Assembly (NCBI GenBank): GCA_964016885.1 | Contig: OZ024763.1 | Location: forward strand, 2,294,001-2,358,000 | From: Eledone cirrhosa | Lineage: Eukaryota | DNA length: 64,000 nucleotides | Reading direction: 5' to 3' | Shown here: one piece after another, positions 1 to 11,060 of the stretch | Layout of the letters: every line of letters begins with the position of its first letter | Numbering within the stretch: the first letter of the stretch is position 1 | Made by a program: the position numbers and the translations under genes | The notes under the pieces: model-generated | What the model saw: only the letters and a program-made list of their open reading frames with translations | Told to the model about the DNA's origin: nothing | Databases searched by the model: none

Positions 1-662
1 TTCTTCTAGACAGGTTGCCTTCTCTACAGCCTATGAACCCACTTCTCCGTGTAGGTCATATATGCAGTCAATCTTCTCCCAGATGGGTTGTCCTTTGTAC
101 AAGTATTTATAATAACTACAAGTATCTGCTGCTTTAGGAGAAAAGAGAAATTGCGCCTTTAGTTGCAAGAAATCCTGTAATTCCATTAACACAGGTCTAA
201 AGCAGCATCTGATCAGCTATACTGACGTCGAAATAAATCAATAAAAGAAAAACCAATCAAGAGTAAACCTTGCCACTTTAAACAACACACCTTTACCATT
301 ATAAAGATCAATCAGATATAAAATAAATCCATGTGTATGTTTCTCTCTGCCACAACTCGGTTAATCTGCTGTAAAAGTCTCCGTTGCAAACATTTTAAAA
401 ACATCTAAGATATGCAGCAATGATAGATGTCTAAGTAAATTGTCGGCGGGCCTTTTTTTCATATTGTTTAATGAACTGTAATGAATTTGAGGCAAATTCT
501 TGTTTATTTCTCTTCTCTGGGCCCAGGAGAGGAAGATAAAATCAATTTTCTAATGCTCGCCTGTTCTTAAGAGAACCAATTAAGGATTTTATAAAGAATG
601 ATGCAGTTATTGGCTGCAGTTGCACTTGGTAAATACAGAAACAGTGCAAATGTGTACGTGAA

Positions 663-805
663 CTTACACATACACACACACACACGTACATATACACCCA
701 CACACATACACATACATACACTCATACACACACACACATATACATACACATACACACAAACACATACATACACACACACATGCACACACACACACATACA
801 CACAC
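663..805. repeat. (CA)n/(CATA)n microsatellite
   Basis: Visible dinucleotide run; source of ORFs 567..803 and 598..831. Confidence 0.95.
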
Positions 806-1185
806 GCGAGGGTCAGCTGAAAAGAGCATAGGCTGACTATGAAGCAATGATGTTAGAGCTGTGAAATCTTGCATGCATTTTCAACCTAACTTTGTATGTA
901 TGTATGTATATATATATATATATGATCATCATTTTATGTTCGCTTTTCCCTGCTTGCAAGTATATATATAGATATATATATATACACACACACAAACACA
1001 CGGAAGTAGGCTGAAAAGTTTATAGGCTGACTATGAAGGAGTGATGCTAGAGCTGTGAAATCTTACATGCGTTAATTTCAACTCTTCTTATTAATAACTA
1101 CATTGTTTCTTTCCAGGATACTATGTTTAGAAATATACCTCATTTGGGCATTTCATGAGAGTATCTTGGTCAACTGACTCTTGTG
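805..1185. mobile_element. Two fragments (805-890, 1000-1185) of a Tc1/mariner-type MITE
   Basis: CGAGGGTCAGCTGAAAAG..CATAGGCTGAC terminus and internal sequence shared with the complete copy at 11977-12273. Confidence 0.6.
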
Positions 1186-1691
1186 TTTATACACACATCA
1201 CACGCACACACACATATTTATATATATATATATATATTATTCAATTGGTGAAAGTTGGTTTATCATATAATCCGCCAACTTTTTTATGAACAGTCAAAGC
1301 ACTCTACAATTTGTATTCCTTAGGATTTTCTTATATATATATATATATATATATATATGAGTTTCAGAAAATCTCATAAAAAGCTGAAAGCAGAAATTCT
1401 TTGTTTAAACTTTAATCTGCACTAATAATAAATATTTACTCTACGGATTTATGTATATATATATATATATATATGGGTATATACATACTTTTATATGAGA
1501 AAATCTCTCCCAAGGTAACTCTATCTTGTGTTATTATTTTTATTTTTTACGCTCTTTCCTACGTTCCTCAACACACTATACATCTCATTCTACATTTCCT
1601 CTTACATCTCTCTCTGCACCACCGGATTCTGTTACCTGGAGATTTACCCATCTGCATTGTTGAGGCTTCCAAAACGACCTAAAGAAATATA

Positions 1692-1726
<35 letters not shown>

Positions 1727-1968
1727 GGAAAAGAATGAAATGAAATTTCATTTCTCACTCTTAGTACGGCTGATACTTAAATGCAAGTATGTATACGTAC
1801 ATACATATATGTATACAGACGTACAGTAGTATGTATATATATATATACATACATGCACACACATAACATTTATTATAATGTTCAGTTTGTTTGTAAGCAA
1901 ACAGCCCGAATTAAGCCGAACAGTGTCTAGCAACCATCATTGCCCTTTTGTTCAACACTGACAAAGGA

Positions 1969-2011
1969 ACGATGAACTAGTTTCAAGCTTATTAGCTATC
2001 GTCAGCATCGT
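1969..2011 (-). ncRNA. Minimal type I hammerhead ribozyme motif
   Basis: acgatg-CTGACGA-tagctaataagctt-GAAA-CTAG-TT-catcgt: 6-bp stem I, short stem II (agct/agct), palindromic CTAG stem III loop. Confidence 0.7.
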
Positions 2012-2066
2012 ATACTTTCCTGTAAGTATATACTTTCAAACGTTCAACCATCTGACAGGAAGGTAT

Positions 2067-2110
2067 ACAATGCTGACGATATGCTAATAAGCTTGAAACT
2101 AGTTCATCGT
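2067..2110 (+). ncRNA. Minimal type I hammerhead ribozyme motif (mirror copy)
   Basis: acaatg-CTGACGA-tatgctaataagctt-GAAA-CTAG-TT-catcgt; one stem I mismatch. Confidence 0.6.
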
Positions 2111-2512
2111 TCCTTTGTCAGTGTTGAACAAAAGGGCAACGATGGTTGCTAGACACTGTTCGGCTTAATTCGGGCTGTTTGTTTACAAACAAACTGAACA
2201 TTATAATAAATGTTATGTGTGTGCATGTATGTATGTACATATACATACTTGCATATATATATATATGGGTATATACATATTTTATATATATATGGGTATA
2301 TACATACTTTATATATATATATAAAGTATATATAAAGTATGTATATATGGATATATACATACTTTTATATATATATATATATATATATGTAGGAGGTGAG
2401 TTTTATTGTAGTACAATAAAGCAATGCAGATATCGGATAAGAAGCACTCTACAGTTTGTAGGACTGGAGTATGCATAATATAAGATCAAAAGATGGTTAA
2501 AGGAGTTCCATA

Positions 2513-2583
2513 TATTTTATTATGCGCATTTCAAAAACAAACATCATCATGCAATAATATTTGTGTTTTCATCAGATAAAACA
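2513..2583 (-). ncRNA. Type I hammerhead ribozyme motif
   Basis: Reverse complement of 2929-2999. Confidence 0.8.
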
Positions 2584-2928
2584 GGAGAACATGATATGAA
2601 GGCTAAAAAACACTTGTGGATAGTGCAGTTTTAAATCAACATATGAAAAGTGGTTTTAGATTGATGTGTGATATTGGGAAAAAATATTTTATTTAGAGAG
2701 GGGGGGGAAGGATGAAAAGGGAAGGAGATGAGAGGGAGAGATGGGTGATAGAGAGAAAGAGATAGTTTTTATATAAAAACTATCTCTTTCTCTCTATCAC
2801 CCATCTCTCCCTCTCATCTCCTTCCCTTTTCATCCTTTCCCCCCCCCCCTCTCTAAAACCACTTTTCATATGTTGATTTAAAACTGCACTATCCACAAGT
2901 GTTTTTTAGCCTTCATATCATGTTCTCC

Positions 2929-2999
2929 TGTTTTATCTGATGAAAACACAAATATTATTGCATGATGATGTTTGTTTTTGAAATGCGCATAATAAAATA
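2929..2999 (+). ncRNA. Type I hammerhead ribozyme motif
   Basis: tgttttat-CTGATGA-[aaacacaaatattatt gcat gatgatgtttgttttt]-GAAA-TGCGCA-TA-ataaaata: 8-bp stem I, long stem II, palindromic stem III. Confidence 0.8.
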
Positions 3000-3129
3000 T
3001 ATGGAACTCCTTTAACCATCTTTTGATCTTATATTATATATATATATATATATACACACAATCCTTATCAAGCCCTCTTAAGATCTTTGTATTTACTATT
3101 ACTAATATATATATTATATATACTTTGAT

Positions 3130-3372
3130 TAAATCTTAACCATTTAACATCTCAGGATATGTCATGTATCATTATATTTTGTCTGATGAGGACGTACTGT
3201 TGTACCTCTGAAATATGTATAATAAAATTTAATTGATCAAAAGAACACCTATTTTATTAATATTTGTATTTTAATATTAATAACTCTGGAAAATTATTTA
3301 CTGTAGAGTGCTTCCAATCTACTGTAAAACTCATTCTTTGATATACTCATTGAATCTTGTTTAACTCTTTAA
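3130..3372 (+). mobile_element. PLE-like element family 3 (no inverted arm)
   Basis: Homologous along its length to 10640-10890; ends in (TA)n. Confidence 0.7.
3176..3228 (+). ncRNA. Type I hammerhead ribozyme motif
   Basis: attttgt-CTGATGA-ggacgtac tgtt gtacctct-GAAA-TATGTA-TA-ataaaat. Confidence 0.75.
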
Positions 3373-3559
3373 TATATATATATATGAGAGCCTAGCCCCT
3401 CTAGCCATCCATATATATATAGTAGTTCTCCATTTCTATTCTAGCCCCTCTCTCCATCCATAGATATTGTAGTCCCCCATAGCAAAACAGTTCATGTAAG
3501 GTTCCTACATAACATCTCATTCAATCTGTTGTTCCCGTTTAAACAATGTCTTTTTATTA

Positions 3560-4750
3560 ATTTTGTTGTGGTGTTGGTGTTGTTGGTGGTGGTGGTGGTG
3601 GTGGTGGTGTGTTGTTGGTGTTGGTATTGGTGGTGGTGGTGTTATTGGTAGTGGTGGTGGTGGTGGTGGTGGTGGTGGTGGTGTTGGTGGTGGTGGTGTT
3701 ATTGGTGTTGGTGTTAGTGGTGGTGGTGGTGGTGTTGTTGGTGGTGGTGTTGTTGGTGTTGGTGTTGGTGGTGGTGGTGTTATTGGTAGTGGTGGTGGTG
3801 GTGGTGTTGTTGTTGGTGGTGGTGTTATTGGTAGTGGTGGTGGTGTTGTTGGTGTTGGTGGTGTTATTGGTAGTGGTCGTGGTGGTGGTGTTGTTGTTGT
3901 TGGTGGTGGTGGTGGTGGTGTTATTGGTAGTGGTGGTTGTTGTTGTTGTGGTGGTGGTGGTATGGTTGATGGGTGGTGGTGTTTGTGTTGTTGCTGTTGG
4001 TGGTGGTGGTAGTGTTGTTGTTGTTGGTGGTGGTGGTGGTGGTTGTGATGGTGGTGTTATTGGTAGTGGTGGTGGTTGATGATTGGTGGTGTTTGTGTTG
4101 TTGCTGTTGGTGGTGGTGGTTGTGATGGTGGTGTTATTGGTAGTGGTGGTGGTTGTGGTGGTGGTGGTGGTGGTGGTGGTGGTGGTGGTGTGGTTGATGG
4201 GTGGTGGTGGTATGGTTGATGGGTGGTAGTGTTTGTGTTGGTGGTGGTGGTTGTGATGGTGGTGTTATTGGTAGTGGTGGTGGTTGTGGTGGTGTTTGTG
4301 TTGCTGTTGGTGGTGGTGTTGTTGGTGTTGGTGTTATTGGTAGTGGTGGTTGTTGTTGTTGTTGTGGTGGTGGTGGTGGTATGGTTGATGGGTGGTGGTG
4401 GTGGTTGTTGTTGTGGTGGTGGTGGTATGGTTGATGGGTGGTGGTGTTTGTGTTGGTGTTGTTGCTGGTGGTTGTGGTGGTGGTGGTTGTGGTGGTGGTG
4501 GTGATTGTGTTGGTGTTTGTGGTGGTGGTGGTTGTGTTGGTGGTGGTGTTGGATGATGACAATGGTGGTATTGTTGTTATTGTTGTTGTCATAGTGGTGG
4601 TGTTGTTGTTATTGTAGTAGTGGTTGTATTGGTGATGGTCATGGTTTTGTTGTACCTCATGGTGTTATAGTTGTTGTTGTTGTACCTTGTGGTGTTATAG
4701 TTGTTGTTGTTGTACCTCGTGGTGGTGGTGGTGTTGTTGTTGAAGTTGTT
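3560..4750. repeat. (GGT/GTT)n trinucleotide low-complexity tract
   Basis: Visible; source of poly-G/V/W ORFs. Confidence 0.95.
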
Positions 4751-4919
4751 GCAAAGAGACAATAGACAGAGAGTATTGACAGTCAAAGATTTCATATAAG
4801 AATCAGTCAATATCAAGTCTTCAGGTTACAATAGACAATTGTGGAAAACTTCTTCAGCATCTCATAGATTTTTCTCAGATACTGAATAGGCGGTTTGTTT
4901 CTCCGTACCTCTGTGTGTG

Positions 4920-4952
<33 letters not shown>

Positions 4953-5134
4953 AAATATGTGTCTGTACGTGTGTGTGTGTATATAGGGTAGAAGAGCTAT
5001 AGATTTACATAACACTATTACACAATATTTTAATGGCTACTTTCTGGTTTCCTACTTGAGCAGATCAATATATTTGAGGTAGCATGTCTCATTTGTCTGC
5101 TCAGTATTCCTCAGGCCATTATGTCACACTTGTA

Positions 5135-5206
<72 letters not shown>

Positions 5207-5259
5207 AATATATACATACACACACATATATATACACAAACACATATGCACACATATAA

Positions 5260-5362
5260 ATGGTGCCCCCCAAAATGTATACACACTTTGATTACCTGAA
5301 CGGGGCAATATTTATTAGAATGCACATCCTTTGAGTATACATTATTTTGGAACTCCCTGTAT
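5260..5362. mobile_element. ~100-bp Tc1-type mini-MITE
   Basis: Imperfect TIRs GGTGCCCCCCAAAATGTATAC / GTATACATTATTTTGGAACTCCCTG between TA; relatives at 40447-40527 and 54038-54155. Confidence 0.6.
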
Positions 5363-5366
5363 ATAG

Positions 5367-5397
<31 letters not shown>

Positions 5398-5755
5398 AAA
5401 GTCTTCTCATTATATTTCAATCTATATAAACACATTCAGCTTAAATCTTCTCCACGACCACTCTTTAAGTATATCTGGGGTTTTTTTCTTATATATTTTC
5501 GTACGAAAGAATATATATATACATGTGTGTATATATATATATATGTATGTGTTTGTATGTATTTCATACTACCTTCTAATTTTTACTTGTGTTATAACCC
5601 CCCCCCCCCCCCACACACACACACACCAAGGTGTCTCTGTAAACAATAAATCTCTACTTGAGAGGGCTATGGTGACCAAATCTTGATTTAAAAGATTTCA
5701 CCAGGTGGTGCTATTAAGTTAGACATGGCCAACACTGGCCGCAAACCTATCAAAG

Positions 5756-5794
<39 letters not shown>

Positions 5795-5797
<3 letters not shown>

Positions 5798-5878
5798 CAA
5801 TTATTTGTTGAGTGCTTTATATCAGTTATAAAAATATTTGCTTGTTGTATCCCAACAATTTAAATAGAACTTCTACAT
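5795..5878 (+). mobile_element. 3' tail fragment of PLE-like family 4
   Basis: Closely similar to 7776-7860; flanked by (TA)n. Confidence 0.65.
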
Positions 5879-5890
5879 ATATATATATAT

Positions 5891-6065
5891 AATATATAAG
5901 ATCAAAAGATGGTTAAAGGAGTTCCATGTATTTTATTAAATTTTATTAAATCCTTTAACCATCTTTTGATCTTATATATTATGTATACTCCAGTCCTACA
6001 AACTGTAGAGTGCTTCTTATCCGATATCTGCATTGCTTTATTGTACTACAATAAAACTCACCTCC

Positions 6066-6070
<5 letters not shown>
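5891..6070 (+). mobile_element. Short fold-back copy of PLE-like family 2
   Basis: 5951-6070 is the reverse complement of 2388-2505; 5891-5920 is its inverted arm. Confidence 0.75.
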
Positions 6071-6113
<43 letters not shown>

Positions 6114-6142
6114 TATATACATATATATATACATGTATATTT

Positions 6143-6177
<35 letters not shown>

Positions 6178-6252
6178 CATATACACACACACATATATAT
6201 ATATAAATATATATGTACACATATATATATATACAAATATATATATACATGT

Positions 6253-6592
6253 ATCATCATCATCATCATTTTACGTCTGCTTTTCCCTGCTTGCAAGGGT
6301 GGGACGGGAACTGATTCTGGCTTGATTTCTACAGCTGGATGCCCTTCCTAACACCAACCTCATTTACAGTGAGTGTTGGGTGCTTTTTTGCCGTGGCACC
6401 TCCACGACCACTTTGCAGTGGAATGATAGGGACCCCAGTCCCTATCATCTCATTTCTACAGCTGAGTAAACTGGAGCAATGTGAAATAAAGTGTCTTGCT
6501 CAAGGAAACAACACATCACCCGGTCTGAGAATTGAACTCACAACCTTTCGATTGCAAGGCCAATGCTCTAACCACTAAGCCATGTGCCTGCA
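6253..6592 (-). mobile_element. tRNA-derived CORE-like SINE (family A), full length
   Basis: Minus strand: A box TGGCTTAGTGG, B box GAGTTCAATTC, CORE-like CCTTGAGCAAGACACTT..CAGCTGTAGAAATG, tail GGACGTAAAA(TGA)n; multiple near-identical copies. Confidence 0.9.
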
Positions 6593-6630
6593 TTATATAT
6601 ATATATATAAAATGATGATGATGATGATGA

Positions 6631-6714
<84 letters not shown>

Positions 6715-6984
6715 GGCAGGTTACTTTATGATGATGATGTTGGTGGTTGAGGTGGTGATGATGATAGTGATGATGATGTCACCTTCATTGTTGTAAGTTT
6801 AATATAAATGTTACTACAATGTATATATTTCTAAGGGGGGTGGGGCTCGGGTTCAGGGTGTGGGGTGGGGAAGGAGGTTGTTAATGGAGGTTTTGGAACT
6901 TTATATTCAAACACACCATCCTTTTTTGTGTGTTTTATCTATAAAACTATCATCTGGTACAATGAGGACTCCCACCTCTATACA

Positions 6985-7401
<417 letters not shown>

Positions 7402-7444
7402 TACGATATTAAATAAATGGAAACTATATTTATAAAACCATATT

Positions 7445-7510
7445 TATTTCATTATATATATTTCAGGGATATCATATTAACAATATGTTATGCCTTCCTC
7501 AGACAAAATA
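7445..7510 (-). ncRNA. Type I hammerhead ribozyme motif (mirror copy)
   Basis: Near-exact reverse complement of 7663-7728. Confidence 0.7.
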
Positions 7511-7662
7511 CAATATAGACAGTTTTATAGATAAATAGATTTGACATACCGTAACAACATCGACTTGTATTTGAAAAGTTGAATTGGCAGTTCAACTTTT
7601 CAAATACAAGTCGATGTTGTACGGTATGTCGAATCTATTTATCTATAAAACTGTCTATATTG

Positions 7663-7728
7663 TATTTTGTCTGAGGAAGGCATAGCATATTGTTAATATG
7701 ATATCCCTGAAATATATATAATGAAATA
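7663..7728 (+). ncRNA. Type I hammerhead ribozyme motif
   Basis: tattttgt-CTGAGGA-[aggcatagcatatt gtt aatatgatatccct]-GAAA-TATATA-TA-atgaaata. Confidence 0.75.
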
Positions 7729-7861
7729 AATATGGTTTTATAAATATAGTTTCCATTTATTTAATATCGTAAATATACTCCAAATACTTGTCGAGTGCTT
7801 TTATATCAGTTATAAATATTTACTCGTTGTTAACCCAACAATTTAAATATAACTTTCCATG

Positions 7862-7892
<31 letters not shown>

Positions 7893-8351
7893 ATATCCCT
7901 CAACAACCTGTCCTATTTTGTAAAAAAAATCTCCATAGCGTTATGGAATCAGTGACAACAATACAAAATACGACCCCCACCCTTCCGACCACTACTACTA
8001 CTATACTCTCATTGATGACAGAGAGGGAGCAGGGCAGGGAAGGGAAGGGGAGATAACTGTCATATTTTGTTTATAAAATTTAACAATTGTCCATAAATAA
8101 CCTTCCATTGAAATATTTCAATGAAGGTATTATATACTTCACTTCATGTGACAATTCATTATTAAATTATTATTATTAGGAAATATTTATTTATTTGATT
8201 ATTCTTTTTATATATATATATTCTATTTTTTTTTCTTTTTAGAAAAAAATGATTTATTTTTTTATTATTTTTATTTTTTTTTTATTTTTAGAAAATTTAT
8301 TTTATTCATTTTTTTGAATATTTTATTTTATTTATTTATTTATTTCATTAA

Positions 8352-8400
<49 letters not shown>

Positions 8401-8659
8401 TTGTTTTGTTTTTTGATTTTAGTTCATTAACTGAAAAAATTCAAACAATCCTGTTTATTTAATTTTTATTTTAAATGCAATGTCAAGTTTATTGTTCAGA
8501 GTAGGGTGAAGTGGGGGTAGTTTGGGGGTGAAAACAAGCTCTTTACACATCCCCCCACACACCACCCACACACATCATCCCCTCCTCTGCTCTCAACTGT
8601 TTTTGGTTTTGGTGGTTAGTAAGAAGTCATTAACATATCAAATGTTGACCGAACAATAG

Positions 8660-9425
8660 AAGCCCTGGCTTCATTAAAACTCCCTAGGAACCTCCTATGA
8701 GATGCCAGCTAAACCTACATAGATGTAAGCTGTGGGTCACTCTCATTAAACCACACTAGAAACCTCCTTTGAAATACATCACTTATTATTAAAATACTTT
8801 AGAAACCACCTATGAAATGCAGCCCTGAATGTAGCTATGGGTCCCTAAAAGAAAAAACAAAACCAAAAAAAAAAAACACTTGAATCCTTCTTTAAAATAC
8901 ACCCTCAAATGTAGCCAGCTAAACCTACACAGATGTGAGTTGTGGGCCCCTATTATTAAAACACCCTAGAAAACTCCTATGAGAAGCAACCTTTGGAAGT
9001 GTGAGCTGAGATCCCTATCGTTATAAAAATCCTACAAACCTGCTTCAATATGAGTTTTGGGTTCTATTATTAAACCACCTATAAACCTCTCCTGTGAGAT
9101 ACAACCTACTTTGATGTGAAGTTTGGGCTGTGGGCTCCTTTTATTAAACCACCTATAAACCTCTCCTGTGAGATGCAAGCTAAACCTACTTTGATGTGAA
9201 GTTTGGGCTGTGGGCTTCTATTATAAGACCACCCTATAAACCTCTCCTGTGAGATGCCAGCTAAACCTACTTTGATGTGAAGTTTGGGCTGTGGGCTTCT
9301 ATTATAAGACCACCCTATAAACCTCTCCTGTGAGATGCCAGCTAAACCTACTTTGATGTGAAGTTCGGGCTGTGGGCTTCTATTATTAGACCACCTATAA
9401 ACCTCTCCTGTGAGATGCCAGCTAT
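8660..9425. repeat. ~81-bp minisatellite (homogeneous 9075-9425, degenerate upstream)
   Basis: TAAACCTACTTTGATGTGAAG recurs at 9181, 9262, 9343. Confidence 0.85.
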
Positions 9426-9649
9426 TTAGATATGAGCTGTAACAACAGCAACAACAATAAACTTTACAAATGTCATATTCGTTGCTCTTTAAGAAAGAGA
9501 ACCACAGTAACCTTTTGTTTTCGAGAAAATATCAATTCCAAACATGCAGGACAACATGGGGGACACAGCCCTCGCCCACGTACAGGTTCTATATTTGGAA
9601 TTGGTAAACAAAATATATAAAAACACACAAGACAAAACAAAAAACAAAG

Positions 9650-10100
9650 AATAATCACCATCATCACCACTACTAAGACTATCATCATCACCATCATCAT
9701 CATCAACACCACCACCACCACAACCATCATCATCATCCTCCTCACCACAACAACCACCACCACCACCACCACCACCAAGACCATAGTCATCACCACCACC
9801 ACAATCATCGCCACCACCACCGCCACTATCATCATCACCACCACCAACAGCAGCATCACCATCATCACCACAATCACCACCGCCACCATCATCACCATCA
9901 TCATCACCACCACCACCACCACCAGCACCACCAGCATCACCATCACCACAATCACCACCACCACAACCGCCACCATCATCACCATCATCACCACCACCAC
10001 CACCACCAGCACCACCAGCATCACCATCACCACAATCACCACCACCACAACCGCCACCATCATCACCATCATCATCACAACCACTGCCACCATCACCATA
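9650..10100. repeat. (CAC/CAT)n tract
   Basis: Visible. Confidence 0.95.
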
Positions 10101-10102
10101 CA

Positions 10103-10280
10103 GAACTGTTTCTGGCTTGGTTTCTACAGCTGCATGCCATTCCTAACACCAACCATGTTTACAGAGTGTACAGGGTGCTTTTTATCGTGGCACCAAAACG
10201 ACTACTTTACAGAGTGGACTGGGTGCTTTTTATCGTGGCACCAAAATGAATACTTTACAGAGTGGACTGGGTGCTTTTTG
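10103..10280 (-). mobile_element. SINE family A-related fragment with short internal tandem of the 48-bp segment
   Basis: TTCTGGCTTGGTTTCTACAGCTG..CCTAACACCAAC followed by about 3 GGGTGCTTTTT units. Confidence 0.75.
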
Positions 10281-10517
10281 TTGTGTATATATATTTACTA
10301 TTATATATGTTTACTAATATGTGTATACTATTGTATACATCTACTGCTATATATATATTTACTATGTATATATATTTACTATGTATATATATTCACTATG
10401 TATATATATTTACTATGTATATATTTACTATGTATATATATTTACTATGTATATATATTTACTATGTATATATATTTACTATGTATATATATTCACTATA
10501 TATATATATTTACTATG

Positions 10518-10890
10518 ATACATATTTCAGAGGTACTGAGTAAACTTCAACAGTACGTCCTCTTCAGATAAAATAAGATGATGCAGGACATACCCTGACA
10601 TAGTAGATGGTTAAGATTCAGTTATGGTAGTGATTCAGTCATCTTAACCATCTACCATGTCAGGGTATGTCATGCATCATCTTATTTTATCTGAAGAGGA
10701 CGTACTGTAGAAGTTTACTCAGTACCTCTGAAATATGTATAATAAAATATACTTGATCACAAGAATATCTATTTTGTTAATATTTTGAATTAATATTAAT
10801 AACTCCAGAAAACCATAACTGTTGAGTGCTTCCAATCTATTGTAAAACTCATTATTTGATTTATTCATTGAACCTTGTTTAACCTTTAAA
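10518..10890 (+). mobile_element. Fold-back PLE-like element family 3
   Basis: Inverted arms about 10518-10618 / 10640-10740 plus tail; inserted in a TA-derived minisatellite. Confidence 0.75.
10683..10749 (+). ncRNA. Type I hammerhead ribozyme motif
   Basis: tattttat-CTGAAGA-ggacgtactg..cagtacctct-GAAA-TATGTA-TA-ataaaata (perfect 8-bp stem I); truncated mirror copy at 10517-10575 (-). Confidence 0.8.
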
Positions 10891-10911
10891 TATATTTACT
10901 ATGTATATATA

Positions 10912-11060
10912 TTCACTAAAATGTTATTTTTGTCTCTTTTGTAGGTAAGTTCATGTTTGAAAGTATTTTCCACATTTTCTACTTTAAATCTGTGATACAC
11001 TGGATATTGTCAACACAGGTAAAACTATATTTATTTTATCTTGTTCTCTGTGTGTGTGTA
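10912..11060 (+). other. Splice acceptor immediately followed by GTAAGT (recursive-site-like) plus 74-nt exon-like segment 10945-11018
   Basis: cactaaa..tttttgtctcttttgtAG|GTAAGT..aacacag|GTAAAA; duplicated at 53143-53290. Confidence 0.45.

Larger units (their letters stand above)
1722..2255. mobile_element. Fold-back PLE-like element family 1 in (TA)n
   Basis: ~180-bp inverted arms (about 1843-2023 / 2055-2235), each with a hammerhead motif; tail end recurs inverted at 20356-20388. Confidence 0.7.
2388..3037. mobile_element. Fold-back PLE-like element family 2 in (TA)n
   Basis: Loopless palindrome centred at 2772/2773; unique tail 2388-2477; second copy at 5891-6070. Confidence 0.75.
7402..7860 (+). 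mobile_element. Fold-back PLE-like element family 4 in (TA)n
   Basis: ~180-bp inverted arms 7402-7583 / 7591-7771, 7-nt loop, then unique tail to 7860. Confidence 0.75.

Noticed and set aside
2478-3037. Palindromes as DNA-transposon MITEs
   Set aside because: Arms are asymmetric (one has a unique tail), centres vary among copies, solo arms exist, and G-U-rich ribozyme folds indicate RNA-level function
5064-5118. Minus-strand [15 protein letters not shown] resembling a USP Cys box (GLxNxGNTCY)
   Set aside because: Spacing is wrong, there is an upstream in-frame stop, and no other USP motifs were found
6339-6578. Recurrent 79-aa [15 protein letters not shown]..
   Set aside because: Antisense reading of SINE family A; it recurs only because the SINE does
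6515-6590. tRNA gene (also 52885-52955)
   Set aside because: A/B boxes are present but run directly into CORE-like SINE sequence, with no acceptor stem closure or terminator
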